Assembly: GCF_018977255.1 (NCBI RefSeq)
Contig: NW_024704743.1
Coordinates: forward strand, 105,154,001-105,218,000
Source of the DNA: Callorhinchus milii
Taxonomy: Eukaryota
Length of the DNA: 64,000 nucleotides
Direction of reading: 5' to 3'
Shown: positions 35,941-49,179 of the stretch, one piece after another
How the letters are laid out: every line of letters begins with the position of its first letter
Numbering within the stretch: the first letter of the stretch is position 1
Notes under the pieces: generated by a model
What the model saw: only the letters and a program-made list of their open reading frames with translations
What the model was told of the DNA's origin: nothing
Databases searched by the model: none
Made by a program: the position numbers and the translations under genes

Positions 35941-38290
35941 CAACAACAACAACTTGGATTTATATAGCGCCCTCCACACCGGACGGCGTCTCAGAGCGCT
36001 TCACAGTAATGGATCCCGGGGCTGAGCCAGGGGGAGGAAGGTGACCAAAGGCGCCATAGAAAAGAAAGGTCTTCAGCAGAGAGCTGAAAATAGGAAGAGA
36101 GGGGGCAAGGCAAAGGGAGTGAGGAAGGGAGTTCCAGAGCCTCGGGGCGTAGTGGCTGAAGGCACAGCCGTCAAGGGTGGAGTGGAGGACTCGGGGGACG
36201 AGGAGGAGGCCAGACCCGGAGGAACAATGGCAACGGGTACTGTTTTGAGGAGAGAGGAGGTCAGAGAGGTAGGCGGGTGCAGAGGAGTGCAGGGACTTGA
36301 ATACAAGGGTGAGGATCTTGAAATCGATCCTCTCTGGGATAGGCAGCCAGTGCAGTCTGGCAAGAACTGGGGTGATCGGGAAACGGAGTTTCGTGCAGGT
36401 GAGAATGTGGTCGGCAGAGTTTTGAATGATTTGGATTTTATGGATGGTAGTGGATGGGAGACCGGCGAGGAGGACGTTAGAATAGTCCAGCTGAGAGGTG
36501 ACAAAGGTATGGACCAGGGTTTCAGCAGCTTTTGGGGAGAGGTATTTGCAGAGAAGGGCGATGCGTCGGAGGTGGAAGAATGTGGTGCTGGTGAGGGACC
36601 GGATGTGGGGGAAGAACCTGACGCCTAGGTTGCGTACGGGTTCAGAGGGTTTTAGTGGGAGGTTGGGTAAGTGGAGGAGGTGAGAACAGTGAGATTTTAG
36701 ATGTTGATGAGAGCCAAAGAGTATAGCTTCCGTCTTGTCAACGTTCAGCTGAAGGAAATTTGCACTCATCCATCTCCTGATGTCTGACAGGCAGGCTGAC
36801 AGAACATCAGGGGACTGGGGGGGTCGCAAAAAGAGGTGAAAAAATGTTGTCTGCATACACGTGGAAATGTACCCCATGTCTACGGATGACATCCCCAAAA
36901 GGGAGCATATAGATCAGAAAGAGGAGGGGCCCAAGGATGGATCCTTCGAGAACCCCGCAGATGACCGGGTGAGAGCGGGAGGAGATGCCGTTTGTGCAGA
37001 TGTACTGCTGGCGGTTTGTGAGGTAGGACTCGAACCAGACGAGTGCGGTCCCAATGAGGTGGATGATGGAGGAAAGGTGGTGGAGGAGGATGGTGTGATT
37101 GACTGTGTCGAACACGGCAGAGTGGTCCAGGAGGACAAGGAGGCAGAGGGAGCCCTGGTCACAGATAGAGAGGATGTCGTTTGTGACTTTCACAAGCTCA
37201 GTCTCTGTACTGTGGGCAGAGCGGAAACTGGACTGGAGGGGTTCGAAGAGGGAGTGGGAGGAGAGGTTTGCACAAAGTTGGTTGGCAACAACGCATTCTA
37301 GAACTTTTGAGAGGAAGGGCAGGTTAGAAATAGGGTTGAAATGCCTGGGGTTTGAGGGATCTAGGGAGGATTGATGACAGCAGTTTTGAGGGAGGCAGGG
37401 ACTGATCCGGAGGAGAGGGACTGGTTGATGACGTCAGCCAGTAGTGGGCAGAGGAGGGGGAGCTGGGTGACCAGCAAACTGGTGGGGAGGGTATCGGGGC
37501 AGCAGGTGGTGAGTTTCATGGAGGTGATGGTGGGTGAGAGGGAGGAGGGATACATGGGGAGGAAGGAATGTAGAATGGGAGTGGTGGTAGGAGCAAATGA
37601 TGGGGAGGGTGAGGGGGACAGAGAGGGTGTGGTGGTGGGTGACAAGGGGCAGGTGGATGAGGCTGCCTGGTGGATGTTAAGTATTTTAGATGAAAAGAAG
37701 TCCATGACCTCCTCGCACTTGGCATTTGATACAAAGATTGAGGAGGCCTGAGGTGGGGCACGGAGGAGGTAGTGGGTGGTGGTAAAAAGGATTTTAGGGT
37801 TGTGTTTAGCTTCCAAGATGATGTTGGAGTAGAAGCTCGTTTCTGCACGTGTCAAAGAACGACGGTAGCTGTGGAGATGCTCGAGCCGCAGTTGGCGGTG
37901 AACTGTCAGGCCAGTTTTCCGCCATCTGCGCTCGAGCAAACAGGTTTTGGTTTTTTGGCGGCACAGATGGTTGTTGTACCAGGGGTTCGGGTGGGTTTGG
38001 AGATGGCCCTGGATTTTAGGGGGACGAGGGAGTTGAAGGTGGAGGAAAGGCGATCATGGAGCAACTGGATGGCTGTTTCAGGATCTCCACGGGTGGAAGG
38101 CCAGAGGGATAGGATGTTTGATAATGAGAGAGCTTTTGTGAAGGTCTCAGGGGGTAGCCTTTTCCAAGGGTGGGAGAGGATGGTTGAGGGCTTGGTGGAG
38201 GAGAGATGGATGTGAGAGGAGAAGGAGATAAAAAAGTGGTCCGAGATGGCCTTGTCCACTATGCTGAGGTCGGAAATGTCAAGGCCGCAG
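35941..38290 (-). mobile_element. L2 subfamily B LINE, ~2.35 kb (endonuclease C-terminus, RT, tail), frameshifted
   Basis: ISDHF, LERRWRK, VLLDHSAVFDTVNH, GSILGPLLF, YAD, LDYSNVLL, LHWLPIPERIDFKIL; distinct tail ACGCC-GTCC-GGTGT. Confidence 0.95.
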
Positions 38291-38892
38291 TGATTATCAC
38301 TTGGTGCAGAAGTCCATCACGTCAGTGATCAATCACCTTAGTGATTGACTACTATATCCTTAACCTTGCTACATAAGTCCTCTTGGGTCCATTGGCTGCC
38401 ATTGCCTGTAACTATGCTTTACAGGAAAACGTTTGAAGTCCTATGAGATGTGATAAATTGCTATATCAAATGCAATGATCAATAGTATTAATTGCAGGTT
38501 GAAAATAGACTGTCTAAATATTATAGTGCAGCATGTGAGTCCCTTAATACGAGATCAATTGTGCATTGTATCTTGTCTGATTTCTTATTTAAGAATTCTA
38601 AGTGGAAATACTTTCAAGCCAACTCAACGGACAGAACCTACTTTGAATGTAACTCAGGTTGGATTTATTTCAAAGACCTGGATTTCTTGATTAAAAAAAT
38701 CTGTCAAGAATTATTGAAAAATCAACCGTCACCTTTCAACAGAATGAATGAAGAGTGCGATTTAACTTTGGAAGTTGGCAAACATACTTTGAAATGTTAT
38801 GTCTATCAAATGTAACTTGGAGCCAATTCAAAGCCACTCTTGACTAATTAGAGTGTTACCACCAATATTGGCAATAGCAAATCTAAAACTTT

Positions 38893-39001
38893 GATGAGGA
38901 CTACCCTTACCCAGTTAATACAACTGGGCAAAACAAATGACAATCATGGTGGTGTCTTCTCCCTTTCGAGTGCTCAAAGTAAAATGCTCTGCAAAAAGAT
39001 G
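38893..39001. repeat. 109-bp direct repeat, copy 1
   Basis: Ungapped match to 40600-40708 with 8 mismatches by my count. Confidence 0.92.
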
Positions 39002-39023
39002 TTGAACTCTACCATTCTTTGTT

Positions 39024-39337
39024 GGAGTCCTGTAGCTCAGTAGTTAGAGCACTCGCTTTGCAAGCGAGAGACCTGAGTTCAATTCCAGGCAGGGCGAAAC
39101 CTTGGCAAGTTTCCTTACTCCACACGCCTAATAATAATCCCTCCGAAAAACAAAAAACAATAATAAAATTGGTCATTTTCAATCTATGACTGTTTGTGGG
39201 ACATTGCTGTGCGCAATTGACTGCCGCGTTCGCCCACAAGTATACAGTCAATTCACTTTACAGTATATTCTGTGAAGCGCTTTGGGACATCTAGATGTGA
39301 AAAGCACTATATCAAATGCAAGCATTATTATTATTAT
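39024..39337 (+). mobile_element. Full-length young tRNA-Ala SINE
   Basis: GGAGTCCTGTAGCTCAG...CTCGC-TTTGCAA-GCGAG head, core, (ATT)n tail. Confidence 0.95.
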
Positions 39338-39579
39338 ATTATTATACATAAGAAATAATCACAATGCAAATTAATACATTGGTGAGCTGATTTAAAAAAA
39401 AATCTAAATGCTTTTAAAGTTTAGCCAATCTTAAGAAAAAAAACTATAAAATGCTATGTTGTTTAAAGAAATATTGTGGTCAAAAATGTTAGACTGCTTT
39501 GGGATTTGAGGAGGATATTTATTCCTGCCGGTAACCGAGTGTGCATCAGCCTGACGTGACGGACTTCTGCACCAAAGTG

Positions 39580-39785
39580 ATAATAATAATAATCCTTGCA
39601 TTTGATATGGCGGCTTATCACATCATTGAGATCTCTCAAACGCCTCACAGAATGCATATGTAATGTGCAGTAACTGTGTATTTTGTGGGTGAAATGCTGC
39701 AACTAGTTGCGCACAGCTATGTCCTACAAAGAGCCATGGAGTGAGTGTCCAATTTTACTTGGGGAATTGTTGGCCAGGACACGTG
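39580..39785 (-). mobile_element. Older SINE, 3' part
   Basis: aataatccttgcatttgata...gcgcacagc...ttggccaggacac. Confidence 0.75.
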
Positions 39786-39916
39786 ATCCCCTTCTGCACA
39801 CTGAAGCAGAGTTCTGGCAAATTGACCACAAGGTACATTGAGTTAGTAGCAGGATTCCGTAATTACAAATCCTGTTGAAAAAAATATTTTGATCTCATTA
39901 TTATCATTTCGTCCAC

Positions 39917-40029
39917 AAATATATGGTCAATTCACTTTACAGTATATTCTGTGAAGCACTTTGAGACGTCGAGAAGACGTGAAAATGCACTATATCAAAT
40001 GCTAGGATTATTATTATTATTATTATTAT
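39917..40029 (+). mobile_element. Young SINE 3' tail fragment
   Basis: ACGTC-GAGAA-GACGT stem-loop, (ATT)n. Confidence 0.88.
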
Positions 40030-40281
40030 AATCTATGAGGAGAGCTTTATAGTTAGGATCATATCCTGTGATCCCAAGTAACTTGCTATACCACAAGAGT
40101 CACTATGAATGACACCAGGTTCTAACATATGGATATCACTACAAATAGCAATCGCTGTGCCTTGTAATAGGAAATCCATTTTTAACAATCAATGTGATTG
40201 TCTGATGTTCTGTGTCCTTGACCTCAGCATCATTCACACATATTTTAAGAATATCATTGGTAAATGTATAGAGAGAAAGAT

Positions 40282-40585
40282 ATAATAATAATAATAATCC
40301 TGGCATTTGATATAGCGAGGCTGTCCCAAAGCGCTTCACAGAACACACTGTAAAGTGAATTGTCTGTATATTTGTGGGCAAACGCGGCAGCCAATTGCGC
40401 ACAGCAGTGTTCCACAAACAGTCATGGATTGAAAATGACCAATGTATTATTGTTTTATTTTTTGGAGGGATTATTATTAGGCGTGTGGAGTAAGGAAACT
40501 TGCACAAGGTTTCGCCCTGCCTGGAATTGAACTCAGGTGTCTCGCTTGCAAGGCAAGTGCTCTAACCACTGAGCTATAGGACTCC
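40282..40585 (-). mobile_element. Full-length young tRNA-Ala SINE, tail stem-loop deleted
   Basis: Reverse-complement match to 39024-39337. Confidence 0.93.
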
Positions 40586-40599
40586 CCAATATAATACAA

Positions 40600-40708
40600 G
40601 ATGAGGACTACCCTTATCCAGATAATACAACTGGGCAAAACAAATGACAATCATGGTGGTGTCTTCTCCCTTTCAAGACCTCAAAGTAAAATACTCTGCA
40701 TAAGGATG
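40600..40708. repeat. 109-bp direct repeat, copy 2
   Basis: Match to 38893-39001. Confidence 0.92.
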
Positions 40709-41149
40709 ATCACTGAGATTAGCAGCTAAGGCTCTTTAGTCTTGAGAGAAGACATTTCAGAGTGGACTTTATAGATTTGTATAATATTTTAAATGGAATT
40801 GAAAACATAAGCCCAGAACAATGCTTTAAACTGATCCAAGATAGTAGAACAAAAGGACATAGGTTTAGAGTTGCACAGCGCAACTTTTAGACAGGCACCA
40901 GGAGAGTTTTCTTTACCTGGAGGCAGCGGCAGACTGGTTATATGGGAAATTTCCAGACTGACCCTGTGATTGGCTCCCGAGTGCCCCCCCACAACTCGTT
41001 GCCCTATTTTACATTTACAACCCTGAGCCCTATCAGTGGGCCAGCCCTCAACACGTGTTTATATATTTATAATTTTGGCATAATCACTTTGACCTTCTGG
41101 AAATTTGGGCTCTTAGGTAAAGATGCCTATACTACCAAAGTGACTGATA

Positions 41150-41458
41150 AGTTGCATTGTCAGAGATGATGTCCTTTGGATGAGATGTGAAACAGAGGTC
41201 CTGTCTATCTCTTCAGGTGGGCGTTAAACATCCTAAGGCACTATTCGAAAAGATGATGGAGTTTCTCCCGGTATGCTGGTCAAATAAAATTGATCCTTCA
41301 CTTCATGGCTGTTTGTGGGACATTGCTGTGTTCCAACTGGCTGCTGTATTTTGTTCACAAACTACACAGTTAATTCACTTTACAGTGTATCCATAAAGCT
41401 ATTTGAAATGTTTTGACGATGTGATAAGGTGCTATACTAAATGCAAGGATTATTATTA
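41150..41458 (+). mobile_element. Older Deu-domain SINE
   Basis: ctttggatgagatgtgaaacagaggtcctgtc...ggcactattcgaa...aaggattattatt. Confidence 0.8.
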
Positions 41459-44014
41459 TGAATGTTATCCTCTTGTCTAAAAGAAGAGGCTATAAATCTC
41501 AATGTGGACAAAATACTAACACTTCCATTCATTTAAGCCATTGCCGGGATAGAGATAGTATCGCAAAACATTATAGATACAAATAACTGCAGGCAATTTT
41601 TATTTTGGTTTGAGTTTGAAGGGTAATGACTGCCACAATGAATCAGTATCATCCGAGAGAAAAAACACCCTCTTATTTCTATATGGCTAAGTGTATTGAA
41701 AACTGTGGATGCACTTTGATTGGACCCTTAGGGAATATTTGCAATGACTGAGGAAAGTGAACAAGCCATGGCATGCTAAGAGATTAGTTCAGTAACTTTA
41801 CTGAACCTAAGACCTATGATAAACAACAATTAAAAACCTGAAATCCAAGCTCTCCCGAACTGTTTGGTGCAAGTTAGGTTGATCGTTAGATTTAAAAGTT
41901 TTGCTTTTAAAAGTTAAAACAAGGTGCAATTGTTCATGTAATCACAGTAATCATGGTGTGTAACTGTGGTCTGGGGAAAGAAAAAGTCAGCTGATTCGAA
42001 CTTCACAAAGAATGTCAACCAAGACAGATAGATGCCCACTGGTGTTATTTTTGGACTTAGAAACATTTTTGTTGAACACATAGATTGCAGACTGCAGGCA
42101 AGCTGGTAACATGACTGTAGAAAGAGGTAAAAGAAACCCCAAGAGGTTCAGAAAATGTGTAATAGACCCAATTAAGTCAAAAAATTCCCAGCTTAGCTTC
42201 TTTCCTAACACAATCTATTGTGAAACAGCATTTTTTTCACGAATACATTTACTGGATACACTGTAGATTGATTAAATTAACATCTTATGCATGTTAATGT
42301 GAATTCTATTCAGGGTTATCAATGATAGGAGAGCCCAGGCACTAGCTGATCTCAGCCAGATAGATAGTTGGAAATGTTATAAACCCCTGAACTAGGGTGA
42401 AAAGCAGCAGTCAACTGTGTGGATATCTCGATTGGATAGGATCAAGCTTAGCTTTGATAAAGACTTTGAATCATTTGAAAACTTTGATTGCCACCTACAT
42501 CCAAACAGCTTGCCAATACTCACTTCCAAAATTCACAGATAAATATTGGTCTTTTGTGGGTGAGGCTGCAGAAGGATTAGACATGTTAAATTGCACACTG
42601 CCATGAGTGAGTGCCTCCAGGAGAGGAGGAGACAGGACACCACTGATAGTGAAATATTATCATGAATACAAAAGGTCAAAAAACATCATGTTTACTACAA
42701 TATCAGTTCCAGTTTAATCATATTCACACCCTAGTGTCTGGGTGCCAGCTGAAACTACAGTAAACTCTGATAACTTGACCCTGGCTTAATTTGTCATTAC
42801 CACTTAAGTGTTCATGCTGTCAATATCCTGGCCGCATTTATTTATATATTTATAATTTTGTCTAACATACCCATCCAGGTAACTCATCACTGAGCCTTTA
42901 TCTTTTAGAGTGACGATCAGGTGTTTCCTGTAAACACCTTCTTACTTACACAGTAGTCATAAATTGTAGCCAATTATCAAGAAACATTTAATGCTTCATC
43001 TGCTGTTGTGACCATGCAGCTCAGGTTTAATCCATTAGGACAATTGAAACCCATTGTTTTAATGGCTTCAGATACCTCGGCTTTCGGCCATCTTGCTACG
43101 GTGTTGCTCTCCTTGAGAGTAGTTTAAAAGGACTTAACTTTGTTCAGGCTTCTCTCATCCAAAGTGAAATGAAATTGAAAAAATTAAGAACAGGCAGGAA
43201 GAGTGTTCCTGAGATCATTTTCTGTCAAACTTGTATTTGAAAATTGTGTCAACAAACACTCAGACCAGCTATAAATTCAAGCATAAAAATTAATGTCTTG
43301 GTTTTCACATCATATTCACCTGATTGAGAATCATGTGGACCTCACAATCCCAGGTCTCCCAATGTGGGTGGGGAAGCATTGGCCCTTTGGTTGACTAACA
43401 TTAAGATAGCTGACAAGTGAAATTCAGTAGTTTGGGAACAAAAGGCAAGTATGGTGCCGTGCAGATAAGAGCAGATTCATTGCCGTAGAGTCATTTGTGA
43501 TTAATACATTGAAAAAAGACAAATTTACCCTTAACTATTGCATTTCTCAAGCTTCCCTTACAGCGTACAATCAACCAAGCAACCTTCGAAAAATATCTGT
43601 TGAAAAGAACCTTTTATTTGGATCAATTTAACCTCGAAGCCCCAAATTAGAGAAAATAAATCAATTAGCTTCAAATTCCACAGTGGCCTAGAGTGACAGG
43701 TAGCCACAAGGCATGGTATTTGTACAGCTATGACTATTTTATCCATTAATGATTTGGCTTGCATAGTTGAACATATGTGCTCTAGGACTCATAGATGGCT
43801 TCTATTGTGAAATAGAGTGAGATAAAGGGAGAAAAAAAGAAAGTATTTTTATAGGGCTTTATTATATCAAAATCACTCAAATGGCTACAAATTAAATATT
43901 CACCAATGTAATGACTGTTTAGGCAAGCAAATGAAACAGATAATACTGCTTATTTCATGGGATTTATTTTATTATGTCAAAAAGATGAATTCACCAATTG
44001 TGTTCATTTGGTGA

Positions 44015-44595
44015 ACCTCTACGACCCCCTAATCCCCTACCAACCTGCCCACTCCCTCCGCTCAGTGGGCTCCGGCATGCTTCACGTCCCCCGCCTCGCC
44101 TGCCCCACCATTGGTGGGTGGGCCTTCAGCCACTCTCCCTCACCCTCTGGAACTCCATCCCACAGTCCCTCTGTCTCGTGCCCTCCCTTGCCTCCTTCAA
44201 GACCCATCTCAAGATCCTCGTCTTCAAACGTGCTTTCGATCACCCTCCTTCCACCCCCTGCCCTCCAGCCTTCCAAAATCAAAATCCCAACCCCCCAGCT
44301 TGGTCCTGAAACACCGACTGTCCAGTGCCTTGGGACATCCTCCCAATAATAATAATCCCTCCAAAAAACAAAACAATAATAAATTGGTCATTTTCAATCC
44401 ATGACTGTTTGTGGGACACTGCTGTGTGCAATTAATTGGCTGCCGCGTTTCGCCCACAAATATACGGTCAATTCACTTTACAGCATATTCTCTGAAGCTC
44501 TTTGAGACGTCTAGAAGATGTGAAAAGTGCTATATCAAATGCATGGATTATTATTATTAATGTGAAAGGCGCTATACAAATGTAATTTTGTTGTT
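44015..44595 (+). mobile_element. L2 subfamily A 3' end with a SINE nested in its terminal stem-loop
   Basis: L2 tail split as gggacatcctcccaa // tgtgaaaggcgctatacaaatg. Confidence 0.9.
44346..44558 (+). mobile_element. Young SINE, headless, nested in L2 tail
   Basis: taataatccctcc...aattggtcattttcaatcc...ttattatt. Confidence 0.9.
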
Positions 44596-45649
44596 TGTAT
44601 TTATCTATTATGATCTCCAGATTTCTCTGAGATTAAGGGGGACCTCATAATTGGCCACCTATCCTGAAAGAAGTTAAGATTGGGACTCTAGTGACCCTAG
44701 AGTGGACAATGGTGTAATTGTGGATTTTAACTAATAATCCATAATTCATACTGATGAATAAATCCAAAACTTTGCAGGATAATGGGAAACAGATTGCTTT
44801 CTCAACTTTACTGAGCAACTTCCTTTTTGAGCCACAACATTGTAGAATTGTGGTGTCCATAGATAATTATCCGGTATCCTAGCACTACATGCACCTGTTA
44901 ACCCTGTAAGCCCAAACCCTAATGGATAAGGTAGTCATAGCTAGGCAAACAGTGGGAAGCTTGTTGTTGTTGTTCACAATAAGCTGATTAAAAGTTAGCA
45001 TTACCCTATTGCAAACTCTAGGGTCACTAAGCTTTCATTCTTATTAACTTGTGCAAAATGTAGGTAAGCAGGCTGAAACCCTCTTGGGAAAGAGTGCCTA
45101 CTCCAAATCAGACAAACAGACATATTCGTATATGTGTGGAACTCTCAGTAGTTTGTTTTGGATAATCTTAAACATTAGTGATGGGTTTCTGCATGTGTCA
45201 AACGCCTGGCTGGTCAAAAAATCATTCCAGTTTTATAGTTGATAATTTCTGTGTATTCTTACAATCGTTCAATATTCAGTATTCTTCAATAGATATTTGT
45301 TCAATTTTCTAAAGGTATTAATAACAAAACATTATCCATTTTTGCTGGCGATCTGTTCCAATTAAAGTGCAGGAAAAAAATAGTTGTGAATCTCTCTTAT
45401 GACTTGTTAATTTGTGCTCCCCCAATCCCCGATCCAACGATAGTTGCAATAGGGGCACATATGCAGACCACATGATAAATTAAAACATTGACTCACGGTA
45501 GTTTTCAAAGTTGTGTTACTTAAGGTACCCAGGTCACTGTGTTCACATCACTTGTCATAGGATTGTTCACATCTAGCTAAGGACAGGGCCAGCATTTCGA
45601 TTGAACAGCTGAACTGTGTTTAATACAGTCTGCTGTTGCTTTCTGCATC

Positions 45650-45872
45650 TCCATCCCAAAGTCCCTACGACTCGTACCTTACCTCACCTCATTCAAAAGT
45701 CCACCTCAAGACCTTAGTCTTTAACCATACCTTCAGTCATCTTTCCCTTCCCACCCCCCAGACCCCTCAGCTCCTGGTTTGAATACAAATCCTGGACTGT
45801 CCAGTGCCTTGGGATATGTCCTCCCAACGCGAAATTTACTATATAAATATAAATTTGTTGCTGGTGTTGTTG
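45650..45872 (+). mobile_element. L2 3' end, degenerate
   Basis: ctgtccagtgccttgggata...tataaatttgttg. Confidence 0.75.
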
Positions 45873-45889
45873 TAGTCCAGTTGTATGAA

Positions 45890-46170
45890 GCAGGTCTGCA
45901 ATATTCCAGAGCACTGCTGATGACAGACCACCCAGCCTGGCTCATTGTTATCCGGGACCTGAGGGGGCACACCAGTCTCTGTGGCAGGGATGTTTCCCCT
46001 CTTAGCTCCTGTTAAACCTACAGGCCAAAGCCACTGGTAGGATGTTCCTAGCTGGACAAGCAATGGGAAGTTGCTAGACAATACTCTCAATGACAAACGA
46101 TGCAATATTAAGATTGGCAGCACCCTAATGCACACCCTGGAATCTCCTAAGCCTTGGCTCTCGCCAACCT
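45890..46170 (-). repeat. Unclassified interspersed repeat, copy 2
   Basis: ctagctggacaagcaatgggaag and gccttggctctcgccaacc are reverse complements of blocks in 19530-19860. Confidence 0.75.
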
Positions 46171-46249
46171 GCAGTGAATACTCTCTGGAATTAGTTAAGC
46201 AGGGTGCATTTTTTCGGGAAATAGTACGTACCCCCACCCCCCCAACTCT

Positions 46250-46530
46250 GCAACCTATTAAACCAACCTGTCTGCTCCCTCCACTCTGCAGGAACTGGCC
46301 TGCTCCACAAACACAAGAATTCCATCCCAAAGCCTCTCCGTCTCGTCCCTTCTCTTGCCTCCTTCAAGTCCTATCTCAAGATCTTCCTTTTGGACTGTAC
46401 CTTTGGTCATCTTGCCTCCTCCACCCTCTTGCCCTCCATTCCTCTCTGAATCCAACCCACAGCCTCTGGTGCAAACCCCTCATTGTCTAGCATACTGGGA
46501 TGTCTTCCCAAAGCCAAATGCGCCTTATGA
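46250..46530 (+). mobile_element. L2 3' end, degenerate
   Basis: ccaacctgtctgctccctccactc...cctccttcaag...tgggatgtcttccca. Confidence 0.7.
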
Positions 46531-46681
46531 ATGCATGTATTCCATTCCAATCACAACAAAATTTCCATGCGTAGGTGGAATACATTTGTATAACTCAGTC
46601 TAGTTTTGAAACTTTTAAATATGGTAATGGGTTTCCGCATATGTCAGACCGGCTCGCCAAAAATATTTTGATCTCTTTCAG

Positions 46682-46711
46682 TGACGTTACCAATTTCATG
46701 CTAATTTGTGG
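46682..46711 (+). other. Candidate 30-nt microexon (DVTNFMLIC in phase 2)
   Basis: Acceptor tattttgatctctttcag, donor TGG|GTAAGT, length divisible by 3, one open frame. Confidence 0.25.
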
Positions 46712-49179
46712 GTAAGTTTGGCTGTGCAGTTAAAACTCTCTTGAAACTTCCAAACGAATTTCATTTGGGATCCTTCCAACCAGCAAAGGAAAAGTTTCAT
46801 CACATTAATCTGGGCTACATTCAAAGTAAGCAGTTCTGTGCTGCGGTTCCATTCTGTGTAAGAGGGAATTTCAAATTGTGACAGTCTTCTATACAAGATA
46901 ATAACTTCCTGAAATAAAATGTTGTTTTTGAAGGAGACAAAAAATAACACTGATATGGCACAGAGACAGCTATCACAATGTAACCTCATGCTGAGTCTCA
47001 TGATACTTACATAATTGAGGTGTTTTTGTCAAACGTTAACATATGATATTTGTTGTACCAAAACATGCAAGCCTTGTAAAGAGGAAGAGGTGCAAAGCTT
47101 AGCACCTCATTATCCTCTTTGAAGGTATGAAGCAACAAATCTATTGTTACGCTATGTTCTCCCATTTGCTTTAAATGGACATGTTTATTCAATAGACATA
47201 CTTGAATTGCATTCAACCAGAAACAAAACATCTGCGCCATCTTCCAAGGTATATCCAGAATGAGCGGTTAAACTGGGATCTTGTCTGCTTATTCAGGGGT
47301 TCTGAAAGGTACTTATTAGAAAGGTAGAAAGTTCTCCTGAGCTCCCTATATGGAATTTCTCAGAGTCTCAGCTTTAGAACCACAAAATCAAGATCATTGC
47401 AGAATTTTGGAAAATGCTTAGGTTCATTCTTAATTTATGCATGTTTACCACAGTGTTTTTTAAGACATGAATCAGTAACACGAGTAACACTTACTGCAAG
47501 CAACAAGTGACATTAGAATATCTCTCATGTTGTATGCAAATGCATAATGTGATGGAAGATGCAACTTGATGACCCATAAATCAGACATTTATTTAGCACA
47601 GGAAACTGGCTAGTCTGCAGACCAATGGCTATTGTGAAATATGTATACAGTATGCTAAATTACATTTGATAAGCACTCTACCAGGGGTGTGCTCTAACAA
47701 GCTTCCACTTCTTTGTGTAAGAAAGACATTAATGCAAGCTCGTTTTCTCTTGCTCAGTGAATATTTGCTGACAAACTGTGGTTTATTTTATGCTTTTAAA
47801 TAAAATCATGAACAATGTGGTGTGCACTAATAATGACATGTACCAATAAGAATAGTCTTCGATAAAAACATAGAAACATGAGTAGGCTATTCAGCCCTTT
47901 GACCCTATTCCACCATTTTATAAGATCATGGCTGATATGTGCCTCAAGTCCACTTGTGTCATTAAAGGTGGATTGAGAGGATTATTTATTCATTTTAGAC
48001 CCATGCTAAAAATTGAAGCAGAAAATTGACATTACTAATCCCTTAGGTTCCTGAAACAAATGACTTGCTTCAACCAAATTACTTCTTTATTCCTGTTCTG
48101 AGCAAGTCAAAATTAGCAGACACAGGCCAGTGATCAACTCCAACAGTAGTTACAGGGCAGTAATTTACAGCCCACAATAGACACAGGCCAGAAACCTACA
48201 TTTTACTCACTAACTCGCATATGCTTTTGAAACAGATCACAGATTTCCAAACTGAATCCATATGGACCAAGAAGAAAATGTTTCTTGAAATCAACACCCT
48301 TGGAAAAGTTTCCTACAAGCCAAAAAAGTTTTCATTGCACTTCAATCAACTGAGAATTGTTGAAAGCACATCAATAATACACAGCACAGTCACCAAATAA
48401 AACCATCCACTTCAAACAAAATAATATGTGCAATCCAAAACACATTGCAGACATGTATTTTGAGCTTCAGCAACAAGAAGCAATATTATCGATCTGACAA
48501 TGTTACAAGGAGTGTTGGGCATTAAAATTATTTTTGAAAATTAAGATCAAAATGGGCTAAAGGACTTTCTTTTTTAGTACCCCTCTTGTGATCCAGTAAT
48601 GTTGGACAATTTGTGTGGTGTGCCTCTGAGTTTTTCCAGCCCCTTGGGACATCCTCCCAACATGAAAGGCGATCTATAAATGTAATTTTGTTGTATTTTG
48701 TTGTTGTTCTCCCAAAGCTCTCCAAAATAATGATCTGGAAAATATGCATATGATATATCACTAAAAACTTACCTCATGTTTTTACAATCTGGCTTTCATA
48801 TCTATTCTACAGCTGAATGTAAAGTGATATAATGTCAATGCTGCACTGACTTATACAGTAATATTTTAGGATTTAAAATGATTGTGATGAATACATGTTT
48901 TCTGGCACTTATGCTCCATTTTGGTGTGTAAACGCATCTACAAGCTAAAGATTGCTTACTGATCCATAAATGTTTTCTACCCAGTTGGAATTTTTAAAAT
49001 AAAAAACAGGGTTCATTTCATACCTGTTATCGGTTTCATTTTGTTTGCTAGGATAATTTTTCTTTCAAATTTTATTTTACATTTGTACAAGAATCCTGAC
49101 TTGGCTGGATGGTTGTTAAAAAGCTTCACTCTTTTATCCTGTGAGTCCTGTCTTCATTTGAACAACATTGGAGCAGACA

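Noticed and set aside
35960..38259. Long ORFs (312, 128, 192, 117 aa) as a functional RT gene
   Set aside because: Frameshifted, 5'-truncated pieces of one L2 ORF2 with damaged motifs
38890..39010. C/D-box snoRNA in the 109-bp repeat
   Set aside because: TGATGA appears only in copy 1 and a downstream CTGA only after copy 2; no terminal stem
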